Shown here: positions 26,039 to 38,335 of the stretch, one piece after another
Layout: the number at the start of each line of letters is the position of its first letter
How positions within the stretch are numbered: the first letter of the stretch is position 1
Assembly: GCF_004010195.1 (NCBI RefSeq)
Contig: NC_057718.1
Span: 95,074,003-95,138,002 of the forward strand
DNA from: Chiloscyllium plagiosum
Taxonomy: Eukaryota
Direction: 5' to 3'
DNA length: 64,000 nt
Notes under the pieces: generated by a model
What the model was told of the DNA's origin: nothing
Databases searched by the model: none
What the model saw: only the letters and a program-made list of their open reading frames with translations
Position numbers and translations under genes: made by a program

Positions 26039-27204
26039 ATTCTAAGAATGTGTAGAAGTTATCATATTGAAGTTTATAATTTTATTTTAAAAAGTTTTTA
26101 TAAAGGAAATATCTGAGCAGCCATTTCTAATATGGATGGAATGTGGTTGATATGGTAGAATATTCCTACCCAGCTGCAGTTTGATCAGATTTCTAACGCA
26201 GAGGTTATTTTTTGTGATGCTTTTCCCAATCGCCCTTCCCAGTCCTGTACTGTTTTATGTTGCAGTTGACCACAAGGGAGCATCAGGATATCGCTGAAAA
26301 TACTAAAGCTTCCTGAGAATTGTCCTCAGGAAGTTGTGCAGACATTACTGAAAACAAGCTTTCAGCTCCCTTTAAAATCACTTCTTCTTTTAATACCAAC
26401 TTTGCTGAAAACTTTGCGGATTGAGCTGGTTGAAACCATGCAGGGGGGTTTCACTCTGGAGATGTGGGTAGGTTTGTGTGTAGCTAGAGCAGAGTTACAG
26501 TTGGCGAAACTGCAAGAGTCTCAGAAAATCAGCTGCCCCCCACCCCCCCCCACCCAAAGTCAACCTTGGAACTTAGCTTGAGCACTTTAGGCACGGAGTC
26601 CCCTGGAGAGAAGCACTTAACCCGTTTGACAATCATTTAATTGGAGCAATGTTTAGAGTTTTTGTGAAGGTCTGTAGCTCGGGAGCTGATTAGATTCGTT
26701 GTTGATCTGTTCACCGAGCTGGTAGGTTTGTTGGCAGACGTTTCATGAAGCAATGTTTCGGTGGAATTTTTTTTAATGTTGTCCCCTGCAATTAGCAAAG
26801 ACCAGGCCTAAAGTGGACTTTTATTCATAATGAATGAAGAACATTTAGGGAGGGTGACGACAAGGGAGAGGCACCAAATTGCATTAGAGTGGGTGGCATT
26901 GGATAGCTGGGGTTGTGTGGAGTTTGGTGCATTGCAAAGTGAGGGAGTAGGCGTGACAGGGTAGTCTGGGTTGGAGGGGCATTGCAGTGATGGGCACAGC
27001 AGGGTGTTGATGAATGTCCAACATTTGTCAACCTGGTTATGTCCTTAAGGCACTTCCTGTCCTGAATTAGGAGTGTGTCACATTGTGCCTGTCTCGTAGG
27101 CTAACTCCAGTCTTATCTTTTTTATGTTAACAGCAGATGTCTGTAATAACATGCTTGTGCCTTTGAAATGCAACATGAATGAGCAATGTAGATTCCTTCT
27201 ACAT

Positions 27205-27742
27205 CCATAGCCTTTTCTGGAGTACTGTGTCCAATTCTGGTCACCCTGTTATCGGAAAGCTATTAAGCTGGAGAGGGTTCAGAAGAGATTTACAAGGATG
27301 TTGCTGGGTTGTAAGGAGAGGCTGGATAGGCTAGGACATTTTCACTGGAGCGTAGGAGGTTAAGAGCTGACATTATAGAGGTTTATAAAATCATGTGGGC
27401 TATAGAAAGGGTAAATGACAGATGTCTTTTCTCTAGGGTGGGGGATTTCAAAGACTAGGGAGCATATTTTTAAGGTGAGAGGAAAAACATTTTAAAAAGA
27501 CACGAGGGGCAACTTTTTACACAGAGGCTGGTTCGTGTGTGGAATGAACTTTTGGAGGAAGTGATGGATGCGGATTTAGTTACAACATTTAAGAAACTCT
27601 TAGGTAAGTACATGAATAAAAAATGTTTGAAGGGATATATATGATGCACAGGCAGATGGGTTTGTCTAGTTCGGAATTATGGTTAGCAAGGACTGGTTGG
27701 ACTAAAGGGTCTGTTTCTGTGCTGGTTGACTCTATGACTCTA
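27205..27742 (+). mobile_element. CR1 LINE 3' fragment
   Basis: LEYCVQFWSP, LERVQKRFTRM, GNFFTQR, and the tail GACTCTATGACTCTAT. Confidence 0.88.
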
Positions 27743-28089
27743 TCTCGGGTGGTTTTAATTGAAGTTAAATAAATATATATAGCACAAAGAAATCTCCAGT
27801 GCTACAGAGTAGAGTACATGTTATTACTGAAACTTGGCTTAGTTAAACGATGAGCTCGTAAAGGGGCATCATTCCAAATGTGATAACATGGCAGTTTCTT
27901 CCTCCAGTTGGAAATGAAGATTTTCCTCCAGGTCTTCACAGCCTCCACCAATGTGGGGGTGTCATTAAAAGTGATAAAGTCTTTGAGAAACTGGAATCCA
28001 ATGTCAGACCCTCCCTCCCCTTCCTGCTAATTCAAAACTCTTAGAAAGTTGAGACTGTGTTACATGGGTTCTCATCACACAATTGATGA

Positions 28090-28215
28090 CAAATGCAGAT
28101 TTTTAAAATTCAACTTGTTCAGAGATGTTATTACAAACCTTAGGATCAGGTGGGGCTTGAATTCAGGCCTCAATAGCTCAGAGGCAGGGGCACTACCACT
28201 GCACCTCAACAGCCC
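28090..28215 (-). mobile_element. Short tRNA-derived SINE head
   Basis: Minus reads GGGCTGTTGAGGTGCAGTGGTAGTGCCCCTGCCTCTGAG...GAATTCAAGCCCCACC (A- and B-box-like). Confidence 0.5.
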
Positions 28216-28243
28216 AGTGATAATTGTAGAGTTGACATGATTA

Positions 28244-30285
28244 CTGTATATACTTGTGTAGAAGTTGAACTTTTTAGACATTTTTAAGGGTAAATGTATA
28301 AGGTTGTCTATCACATGGATACTACATTTCAGGAACTGAAATTTATGCTACAGTCCAAAATACCGTATCATGAGCAGAAGAATAATTCATCTCTCAACAA
28401 ATAAAGAAAAAAACCCGTAATGAATTATGGTAATTATCAAGTAAAGACATTTGAAACAAAAATGGATTAGTAAGCTTTTATTTATACATTTAAATCACAA
28501 TTACATGGCACCTTTAAATTAAACATGTTAAATACGAAAGCTCATTAAAATCCTGTTAAAAATCATACTGTTCAATATCTTCAGAATGAATAAAGCTTTA
28601 CAATCATCAAGATGAATGATATCAGAGTATGGATCCTCTCCATCTTCGCTGTCTGTGTTAGTGGCAGCACATCATCTGCTAATTCTTCATCTATATCATC
28701 CCATATCTAACTTTCCTCTGCACCATCCAATTCATTTGAAATTCCACATTTCTTGAAGGATTTGGAAATAGTTCCATGAATCAACAATCCATTCACAGAT
28801 CAGTGGCACTGCCCCCCTTTTTGTGTGTGTTTTTTCTCCGTCACACATCCAGTTATTCCACTTCATTCTCATCATGTCCTTAAAGGGCTTATCAATTCCA
28901 ACCTCTATTGGTTGCAAAACACTTGCAAGTTTGCCAAAGATTACAGCTAATTTTCGGCGTTATCAACAACATTATTCACTAGATGTGACCTAAACTGTTC
29001 CCAGATGAGTAAATTCTTCTCCTTGTGTAGTCCACCCGGTCATAAATTCCAAACTTCCTTTATCCATTTTCAACATCTTCATCCATCCAGCCTTGTGGAT
29101 GCATTTGGACAATAATTTCTTTTGGAAATTTCTCCTTTGGCAAAGTTTTTCTCTTAAAAACAGCCATTGGTTTTAACTTAGCGCCATCAGCCATACAAGA
29201 AAGAACCAAAGTAAACCTACTCTTCCCATGGCCAGTGATTTTCACCAAGACTGTTTTTTTTTCTCCTTTTTGATTCACAGTTTGATTCTCCAGTATGTCA
29301 TGAATAATAAGCATTTCATCCATGTTTCCAATGCACGATCACTTGTAGCCTCCCTTCTGCCGATTTTTGATTATGAACTGGTAAAACTGTAATAACTTAT
29401 CAGCTAGTTCAGCAGACAGCTTTTGTGCAATCTTAGTTCTCTGATGAAGTAATAAGTCATGCCTTCTCACCAACCTTATGCACCATCCAACACCTGCCTT
29501 AAAATTCAAAATGCCACCCTTCTTTGATTTGATTCGTGCATGGATTGGGTGGCTTCATGACGAACATTTTTCATTTTGACCATTTTCAAGAACCCACAAA
29601 GCAACTTTTCTCTCCAATTGCGGCCATCTGCTAAGTTTACCACTGTTGGCACACTTTCCTTTTAGCAGTCTCTGAACTTGGTTTGATATCTTTCTCTAAT
29701 CTCTCAAGTTTCTCCGAAACATAAAATTCACTTGCTGCTACACAGTTATTTGTTTTCTCAGCAACTTCAATAACCTTCAGTTTAAACACTGCCGTATACT
29801 GTTTGTTTTTTTCTGTAGGGCATTTTAGCACAAAATGATGAAGAAGGGCTTATGCCCGAAACGTCGATTCTCCTGCTCCTTGGATGCTGCCTGACCTGCT
29901 GCGCTTTTCCAGCAACACATTTTTCAGCTCTGATCTCCAGCATCTGCAGTCCTCACTTTCTCCCAACAGGTTTATTTGGAAGCACTAGCTTTTGGAGCAC
30001 TGCTCCTTCCTGAAGAAGGGCTTATGCCTGAAACGTCGATTCTCCTGCTCCTTGGATGCTGCCTGACCTGCTGCGCTTTTCCAGCAACACATTTTTCAAA
30101 TAAACCTGTTGGACTATAACCTGGTGCTGTGTGATTTTTAACTTTGACTCATAAATGTTGATCTGTTATCTGTAAAGAACTATTGTCGACTTTTGCACAA
30201 GATATATGGAAAATTTCATGTTTTTTGGCCAAAAGTGGGGGATCAACCTTTTCATGAGATTGACTTTTTATTCAAGTATATACAG
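28244..30285 (-). mobile_element. Complete pogo-family (POGK/Passer-like) DNA transposon with a decayed transposase
   Basis: TA TSD (28242-28243, 30286-30287). 13-bp perfect TIR CTGTATATACTTG. Transposase remnants at about 29831-28650: Brinker-like DBD (KQYTAVFKLKVIEVAEKTNNCVAA), FKAGVGWC HTH, and DDE_1 (MDEM, TGHGKSRFTLVLSCMADGAKLKP, GWMD, QPIEVGIDKPFK). Confidence 0.92.
29839..30146. mobile_element. Composite of Penelope-like pseudo-LTRs (two family-1 copies interleaved with inverted family-2 arms), nested in the pogo 5' region
   Basis: Family-1 at 29839-29963 and about 30009-30097. Family-2 (CAAATAAACCTGTTGGACTATAACCTGG) at 29964-30009 (-) and 30097-30146 (+). Confidence 0.75.
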
Positions 30286-30719
30286 TAAACTAGAATGTCA
30301 TTGACAGGCACACTGAATGATTGCATGTTTTTGACATAATTGCTCTCTGCTACACTTCAAGCCATTCCCTAAACTCCACGAGTTCCCAATACACTGCAAT
30401 CTGGGCTTATGTTTCAGTTCATACAGTGAGACAAAAGAATCGCGGACCAGGGTATCCATGAGACAATTCCTGCTCCACATAAATAGCAGTTCTAAAAGAC
30501 AGCAGTTACTCACATACAGAATCACAGGTGTCTCCAAACAGAAAAGAACACATTGCAAGTACTTGAAATCGAACACAAAACAAACATTACAGAAAATACA
30601 GGATAAATCAACAAGTAAAGAGGAAAATAAGTTAGCATTTTGCAATCTTTTATTAACTTGTTTTTTTATCATTATAAATGCTGGCTTAAGCACAGAGATC
30701 AATGAATGAAGTATAGACA

Positions 30720-31110
30720 ATGGGGTACAATGGGACGCCCGGTTTGCTGTGGTTCTGTAGTATATAGTATACAGTGGTACTGACAGGTCTTTGATCTCGT
30801 GCATTATAAGAACATGGGCACATGTACCACTGGCAGACTGGTACTTGGCTTGAGGTACATCCCAAGAATCCATACAGGGATGTAAAACAGATAACAGGAT
30901 GTCATTAAAAGTTGTAAGCAGTTCACTTATTGTATATGGACTGCACCTCAAGCTGTGTTGGTTTCCTAAGTACATCTTTTGTAAAATACATAAGAGGATC
31001 ATATTTGCACTTGCACCAATGTCAATCTTGGTGTATAGTGCATCGTGTTAATTCCTTTTCAGACATACTCAGATGGAGGTAAAGGCTTCATCTTTCCTGG
31101 AAGTGCCCAT
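30720..31110 (-). mobile_element. Degenerate Gypsy-type LTR-retrotransposon aspartic protease remnant
   Basis: Minus frame reads ALYTKIDIGASANMILLCILQKMY, resembling the retroelement KIDTGASAN protease motif. Confidence 0.45.
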
Positions 31111-31699
31111 GTGGTGTGTTACTTTTACCACTTGTACTGTTGGATGAGTGTTTGTAAGTTGTCACGTTGCAGTTACCTCTTTGTTGACATGTTTGTGTAC
31201 CACAGGCAGAACTACGGCACTGCCCTTCGGTTAGGTGTTCTTCACGTGCTGCTGTGAATAAATGTAAGTGTTATGTGCTGAAGGGACTGCAATCCTGCAC
31301 CATTACCTTATCTGTACTGGAGCACAACCTCTAACCCATCTGTTAGCCTAAGTGCCAAAGACCCTGAAATTCCTCAGGTCAAATCATTTGCAAATTAGAA
31401 TGCGCTCCTGAGACATTGTTGGCACATCTTGGGGATCCACCAGTTGAGGTAAGGCATACATATGATTGGTGGTAAGGTTTAAAGGTAGGTAATAATACGT
31501 GGCATTGCTCAAACACGAGTGGTCAATGGGCTGGCATGCTGGCAGAAGAATATATGAAAACAAGGGACATGGGGCCCCTCCAGGCTAACTGTCTTAGTTT
31601 GAATTTTTCAGGATCTTTAAAGGGGAGGTGGTGACATAGTGGTGATGGCACTTGGCTGGTAACACAGGGCCTTAAGCTAATGTCTGAGGACATGGGTTA

Positions 31700-31992
31700 G
31701 GGTGACATGGTGGCTCAGTGGTTGGTACCGCTACCTCGTGGTACCAGGGACCCAGCCTTGGGTGACTGTCTGTGTGGAGTTTGCACATTCTTCCTGTGTC
31801 TGTGTGGGTTTGCTCTGCTTTCCTCCCACAGTCCAAAGATGTGCAGGTTAAAGTGAATGGGCCATGCTAAGTTGCCCCATAGTGTCCAGGGATGTATAGG
31901 CTAGGTGGGGTAACCATGATAATTACAGGGATAGGGTAGGATGCTGTTCGGAGGGTTGATGTACTGAATGGCCCTGTAGGGATTCTATGATT
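31700..31992 (+). mobile_element. HE1-like V-SINE inserted in another SINE head (31622-31698)
   Basis: GGTGGCTCAGTGG head, V-domain, and TTCTATGATT tail. Confidence 0.8.
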
Positions 31993-32139
31993 TGAACTCA
32001 GCATGGAACACCCAAGTTCCATTTCTATTGAAGGAAAAGGCAATGGCTGTGCATTCACTTGGGTCTTTCCTCCTTTTAGAACATCCAGATGCTGCCCGTT
32101 TTTCTTGACAGCTAGTAAATGTCAATCATTTCAGCCCAC

Positions 32140-33320
32140 AGTGAGCTGGATAGAGAACTGGTTTGCAGACAAAAAGCAGAGAGTTGGAATAAATGGGTCC
32201 TTTTCAGAATGGCAGGCAGTGACGCAGGGTCAAGTACTGGGACCTCAGCTGTTCATGTTATACATTCACGATTTGGACAAAAGAATTGAACGCTATATCT
32301 CCAAATTTGCAGATGACACTAGGCTGGGTGGCAGTGTGTGCAGTGAGGAGGATGCTAAGAGGCTGCAGGGTGACTTAGACAGATTGGCTGAGTCGACAAC
32401 TACTTGGCAAATGCAACATAATGTGAATAAATGTGAGGTTATTCACTTTGGGCACAAAAACAGGAAGGCAGATTATTATCTGAATGGTGGCAGTTCAGGA
32501 GAAGGTAAGGTGCAATGAGACCTGGGTGTCATGGTGGAAGGTTAGCATGCAGGTACAGCAGGCAGTGAGGAAAGTTAATGGCAAGCTGGCCTTCATTGCG
32601 AGAGGATTTGAGTATCAGAGAAGGAATGGCTTACTGCAGTTATACAGATCACAGAGTCATAGAGATGTGCAACAAGGAAACAGCACGGTCCAACTCATCC
32701 AAGCCGACCAGAATTCCTAACCTAATCTTGTCCCATTTCCAGGCACTTGACCCTTCCTATTCATATACCCATCCAGATACCTTTTAAATGTTGTAATTGT
32801 ACCAGTCTCCACCACTTCCTCTGGCAGCTCATTCCATACATGCATCACCCTCTGTGTGAAAAAGTTGCCCCTTAGGTCTCTTTTATATCTTTCCCCTCTC
32901 ACCCTGAACCTATGCCCTCTAGATCTGGACTCCCCGACCCAAGGAAAAGACTTTGTCTATTTATCCCATCCATGCCCCTCATGATTGGGACATTTGTGAG
33001 GCCACACCTTGAGTATTGTGTACAGTTTTGGTCTCCTAGTCTAAGGAAGGACATTCTTGCTATTGAGGGAGTCTAGTGGAAGGTCACCAGACTGATTCCT
33101 GGGATGGTAGGACTGACATATGAGGAAAGACTGGATCGACTGGGCTTCTACCCACTGGCATTTAGAAGACTAAGTTGGGAATCTCATAGACACCTATAAA
33201 ATCCTGGTGGAACTGGACAGGCTAGATGCAGGAAGAATTGGGGAAGTCCAGTCTAAGAGAGGTCACAGTCTAAGAATCAGGGGTAGGTCATTCAGGACTG
33301 AGATAAGGAAGAATTTCTGA
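32140..33320 (+). mobile_element. CR1 RT fragment with a nested opposite-strand CR1 3' end (32652-32985)
   Basis: WIENW...SKFADDTRLGG...KCEVIHFG on plus, resuming at about 32986 (VRPHLEYCVQFWSP). The nested piece encodes GNFFTQRVM on minus. Confidence 0.88.
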
Positions 33321-34587
33321 GATAAGGAAGAATAGTCTGGAAACAGGCTATTCCACCCATCAGATCCACACCGACCCTCTGAGGAACATCTCACCAAGAC
33401 CCACCCTATCACTGTAACCCTGCATTTCCAATGGCTAAGCCTAACCCCCACTTCCCTGGACACTATGGGGCAATTTCCCATGGCCAATCCATCATTCTCA
33501 ACATGTTCATCTCACCCTATTTTCATTCCCTTTTATTCCTTTCTAAATCATACGTTATTCCAGAGTCCCCCTAAATGCACCTTCTTATTCACTTCAAACA
33601 TGCCTTGTGTGGACCGAATGGCCTGCTTCCACACTGTAGGGGTTCTATGAACTAGTTGTGTTTGGCTGCTTTTAGGCCATATCCTTCTAAACTTTTCCAT
33701 TCCATGGACTTGTCCAAAACTTGTCTTTTCAATGTTGTAATTGTACCTGCCTCCCCCACTTCCTCTGGCAGCCCGTTCACACATGCTCTGTGTGAAAACG
33801 TTGCCCCTCAAGTCCCTTTTAAATCTTTCCCCTCTGATGACCTTTCTGCCACATAATCCGACTGCCACGGATCCCTAGTGGCTCCTTACTGGCTTCAGAC
33901 CCCCTTGCTGGTTCTGCCAACTGAGGCAGAGAGATTACATCCAGCCCAGTGCATGCACTCTGAGCAATGCCAGTAGTGGGTATGGGGCTGCCATTAAATC
34001 AACGATTGTCAAACAGAATCATGGACAGCAGCAAGGAAGCTCTGACCATTTCCAAACCATAGCAACGAAAACTCTCTTGTTATAACTTCCTGCTATGATT
34101 ATTGTTATATCACCGCAGTTATAATGATGGCTCTTTATTAGTTTTTGCTTTACCCTTGTGCTAGTCAATGATTGACAGCACGGAGATTGTGGACTATCAT
34201 TCACGGTGAAGTCTACTCCAAAGGTGAATACTTATGACAATAATTCCGGGCATATGGAGACAAGCAACAGGAAATTTCAATGTGAAGCAGCAAAATGAAA
34301 TCTGGTTGTTATGATACATGACAGATTCCAGAAAGGCAACAAAGGTGTGTTGATATTGCTTACTGAAATAGTCTCTCAGGACCAAGGATGCCTTGCTTCT
34401 AGTCTGGTTCAATGGGCTCTGTCTTCATAAATCCACGTGTATGGTAGGTGCTGCTTGAGTATAGGGTAAGACCATGGGACATTAGAGCAGATTAGACCAT
34501 TCAGCCCATCAGTTCTGTTCTGCTGTTCAATCTCGGCTGATACATTTCTCAATCCCGTTCTCCTGCCTTCTCCCTGTAATCCTGTAC

Positions 34588-35022
34588 GCGACCCGGGGCA
34601 TCAGCAGCAGCTGCATTGGCGACGTAGGCCCCAAAGCGGACTCATGGTGGTGGTGGAGTTGGGTTTGGGACAGTGCGGTACCCAGTGATGTCAGTGGCGT
34701 CCGCATTGGAGAGGTCCAGTGAGGACTCATAGTGACAAGCGCATCGGTGAAGGCAAGATGGCGCTGAAGAATGGCGGCTTTCGGTCCAGTAGGGACCTTG
34801 TGCCTGACCACAAGGCCCATGGCAGAATACATAACAAGAAGGACTGTAAAGCTGAACACTTGTTTTTCTTTTTTTTCTATATTTTTCTGCCTTTGTATTC
34901 CATGTTTTGGTTTATTTTGGTCTGTTTTAGGTTGGTGCTGGAGAGTGGTGACACTATACAAACACGTCTCGCAGCATTTTGTCACAAAATGCACATGACA
35001 ATAAATGAATCAAATCAAATAA
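34588..35022 (+). mobile_element. GC-rich non-autonomous retroposon-like insert with a (CAAAT)n tail
   Basis: Interrupts the CR1 3' UTR. Ends ACATGACAATAAATGAATCAAATCAAAT, like the Rex/Babar tails at about 3590 and 49520. Confidence 0.55.
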
Positions 35023-35516
35023 AGGAAGATTGGGTTGCCTTACTAATTACGAATCTATCTTCATCGTCCTTAAATACTCTCAATGATTTGACCTCCACAG
35101 CCCTCTGTGGCAAAGAGTTCCACAGCTTCACCACCCTATGGCTGAAGAAATTCCTCCTCATTTCAGTACTGAATGGTCGTCCCTTCACTCTGAGGCTGTG
35201 CTCTCAGATCAGAGTCTCTCCCACTAGTGGAAACATCTTCTCCACGTCCACTCTATCAATATTCTGTAAGTTTCAGTGAGGTGCCCCCTTGTCCTTCTAA
35301 ACTCCAAGGACAGACTCGGAGTCCTCATATGACAAGCTCTTCATTCCCGGGATCATTCGTGTAAACCTCCACTAGTCCCTCTATAAGGCCAGCCCATCCT
35401 TCCTTCGACACAGAGCCCAAAACTGTTCACAATATTGCAAATGGCAACTGACCACTGCCTCATACAGCCTCAGCAATACATCTCTGCCCTGATATTCTAG
35501 CGTTCTTGAAATGAAT

Positions 35517-35674
35517 TAGAGACAAAAAAAAACTGCAGATGTTGGAATCGAAAATAGACAGGCAGGAGGCTGGAAGAACGCAACAAGTCAGGCAGTATCA
35601 GGAGGTGGAGAAGTCGATGTCTCAGGTGTAACCCAAAGAACTTCTCCACCTCCTGATGGTACCTGGCTTGATGT
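35517..35674. mobile_element. Penelope-like pseudo-LTR inverted insertion
   Basis: Flanking direct repeat GTTCTTGAAATGAAT (35502-35516 / 35675-35689). Inverted arms TCAGGAGGTGGAGAAG / CTTCTCCACCTCCTGA. Confidence 0.65.
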
Positions 35675-36109
35675 GTTCTTGAAATGAATGGCAACACTGC
35701 ATTCCTAACTGGCAAATGAGCTTGCAGGTTAACCTTAAGAGAATCCTAACTAGGATTTCCAAGTCCCTTTGGCCTTCAGATTTTGGAAACCTTTCCCCAT
35801 GTCTTTATATTTCCCACCAAAGTGCATAAGCTCACCCTTTCACGCATTATATTCCATCTGCCACTTCTGTGCCCACTCTCCTAGCCTGTCCTTCTGCAAC
35901 CTCCCCACTTCCTGAATACTACCTACTTCTCCAGCCATCTCTGTGTCATCTGCAAACTATGCAACAATGCCCTCAGTCCTTTGTCCTGATCATTAATGTA
36001 TAATGTGAATAGCTGTGATCCCAACACTGACCCCTGCAGAACTTCACTCGTCTGTGGCTGCCATCTGAAAAAGAGCCCTTTATCCCCACCCTCTCCCTTC
36101 TAACAATCA

Positions 36110-36235
36110 TGATGTAGAGGTGTCAGTGTTGGACTGGGGTAAACAAAGTCAGAAGTCACACGACCAGGTTATGGTCCAACAGGTTGATTTGAAATTACAA
36201 GCTTGCGGAGCACTGTTCCTTTGTCAGGTGAAGTT
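36110..36235 (-). mobile_element. Penelope-like pseudo-LTR family 2 fragment
   Basis: Minus reads CACCTGACAAAGGAACAGTGCTCCGCAAGCTTG...CCTGTTGGACCATAACCTGG. Confidence 0.65.
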
Positions 36236-38049
36236 CTTCTTAAATCTTACCAATGAATGAGATCCGGTAACCAGCCTATAATTTCCTGTCTTTTGCTTCC
36301 TTCTTTTCTTAAACAAGGGTGTTACATGAACTATTTTCCTGTTCTTTGGTATCCTCCCTGACTCTAGTGATCCTAGAGATCACTACTAATGCCTTCAAAA
36401 TCTGCTCAGCTATCTCCTCCAGAATCTGGAATGTAGTTCATCTTCCCCAGCATCTTATCCTGAGTGATGACCATTACACCCACCTCTGCCCCCTAACTTT
36501 ATTAAAGTTCTGGTAAGCTGTTGGAGTGAAAAATTATTTATTCAGTTCCTCGACCACGTCTTTGTTCCCCATCACAACTTCTCCAGCTTCATTTTTCAGC
36601 AGTCCACTCTTGCCTCTCTCTTACCCTTTAGATGTCTAAAAACACCTTACCAATCTTTGTTTATATTACTAGCTAGTTTACCCTCATATTTCATCTTCTC
36701 CCTCCTAATTGCCTTTTTCAGTTATCCTCTGTTGGTTTTAAAGGCTTTCCAATCCTTTGGCTTCCCACTAATCTTCACCACAATGTCTACTGTTACTTTT
36801 GCTTTGTTACTTTTGTTTCTGATTTCCTTTGTCAGCCAAGGTTGCTTTGTTTTCCCCTTAGTATGTTCCTTCCCCTTTAGGATAAATTTCTGGTGTTCTT
36901 CCTGAATTACCCCAGAAATTTCCAATAATGTGAATGGACTACATACCCACTTTTACAAGTGCACTCTAAGAGGATATATTAAACATCACGGTACTGCTCA
37001 AACACCATGAATAACTGGAGTTAATCATGCTGCTAATTGTTGCTAAATACAAGTGATGAATTGTAATGGGATTGGCATCTTCACACTGGCCATGGATCCA
37101 CAAACAATTCATGGTTTGTGAAAGGATTATTCATGAAGGCTTTGTCAGTTTGGGCTTTTACAATGTTTGTGGTTCCCTTTTAAGAGATCAAGAATGAGAG
37201 CTATTGTGAGGTTATTAAACAACACGTCATCAAACACTCAAGGAACTCTCAAAATCATTTTTCAATCAATGAAGTACTTTAAAGTGCATTCACTATTGTT
37301 ACTTTACCAAGAGTTGGCCAATCAAAATCAATGACTGGCTCAGAGATGGTGATGGTCTTATATATTCAAGGCTCAGACAGACAGATTTTTCATTAGTAAG
37401 GGAATTAAGGGTTATGGGGGAAAGTGGAGTCAAGGATGATCAGATGTGCCATGATCTCACTGAGTGGTGGAGCAGATTTGAGGGGTCGAATGGCCTCATC
37501 TGCTCCAATGCCTTGTGGTTTTATGGGTCTTACAGGCAGCTATGCCACAGGTTTGGAGCTACCCCACTGCGGTAACTCCTACACCGTAAGACAATTCCCA
37601 ACCTACAGTCAGACTCATCTGTCATCAATGCTACCAATTAACGCGATTCTACATTTTTAGAATGGTCCTACATTTTTAAGTAAACATTGAAGTTTGGCAG
37701 CTCCCAATGGTGAACAGTAACACCAAAAAAAAAGTCAAAGGAATATACTAAACTTAAATTAAAATGTCATGAACCACAGGTGATGACGCACTCATGAAAT
37801 GCTTCTCCATATTTGCCCTCCATATTTAATAGTTTGGAACTGTTCACTCCTTGCTTTCAAACCATCATGCAAAGACTGCACTGAAATCAGACCAAAGATG
37901 GTTGTCGAGAGAATGACTCATTGTGTTTGCATATTTAATGCCGCGAATTTGTTTAAAAAAGGTGGCAGGTCTGCTGGAACTTATCTCACGTATGCTATCT
38001 CATACAGCTGTGAAGGAATGCTCACTGAAGGAGGCTATGAATTCAGTTC

Positions 38050-38335
38050 TTTTTATTCATTCACAGGCCAAGGGTGTCACTGCCCAGATGGAAGTTAAAC
38101 ATCAGCCAAATTTCTGTGAGTTTGGAGTCATGCATAGGCCAGACCAGGTATAGATGGTAGTTTCCTTCCCTAAATCTCATTAGTGAACCAGATGGGCAGC
38201 TTTTTCCCCAACAATCAGTAATGGATTCACAGTCATTCCACCATCTGCCATGGCAGGATTCTAACCCAGGTCCCCAGAATATTATCTGGATCTCAGGACT
38301 AGCAGCTCAATGACAATACCATTAGGCCACCACCA
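38050..38335 (-). mobile_element. SINE (family of 58850-59172)
   Basis: TTCCTTCCCTAAA...TTAGTGAACCAGATGGG...TTCCACCATCTGCCATGG. Confidence 0.7.

Larger units (their letters stand above)
34470..36925 (-). mobile_element. Long decayed CR1 with several nested insertions
   Basis: Minus strand has a CR1 tail at about 34475, RRNFFS at about 35150, FADDT at about 35950 and QPWLTKEIR at about 36840. Confidence 0.85.

Noticed and set aside
22740..27030. G-rich GGCAT/GGGT loosely periodic tracts (22740-22980, 26850-27020; also 47400-47520)
   Set aside because: Low-complexity, probably old repeat interiors, with no definable unit or ends.
30298..31002. 234-aa ORF as a host gene
   Set aside because: Composition is Leu/Cys/Phe-rich, typical of non-coding AT-rich DNA. 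It spans a probable Gypsy remnant and a pseudo-LTR-like fragment, with no domain or splice support.
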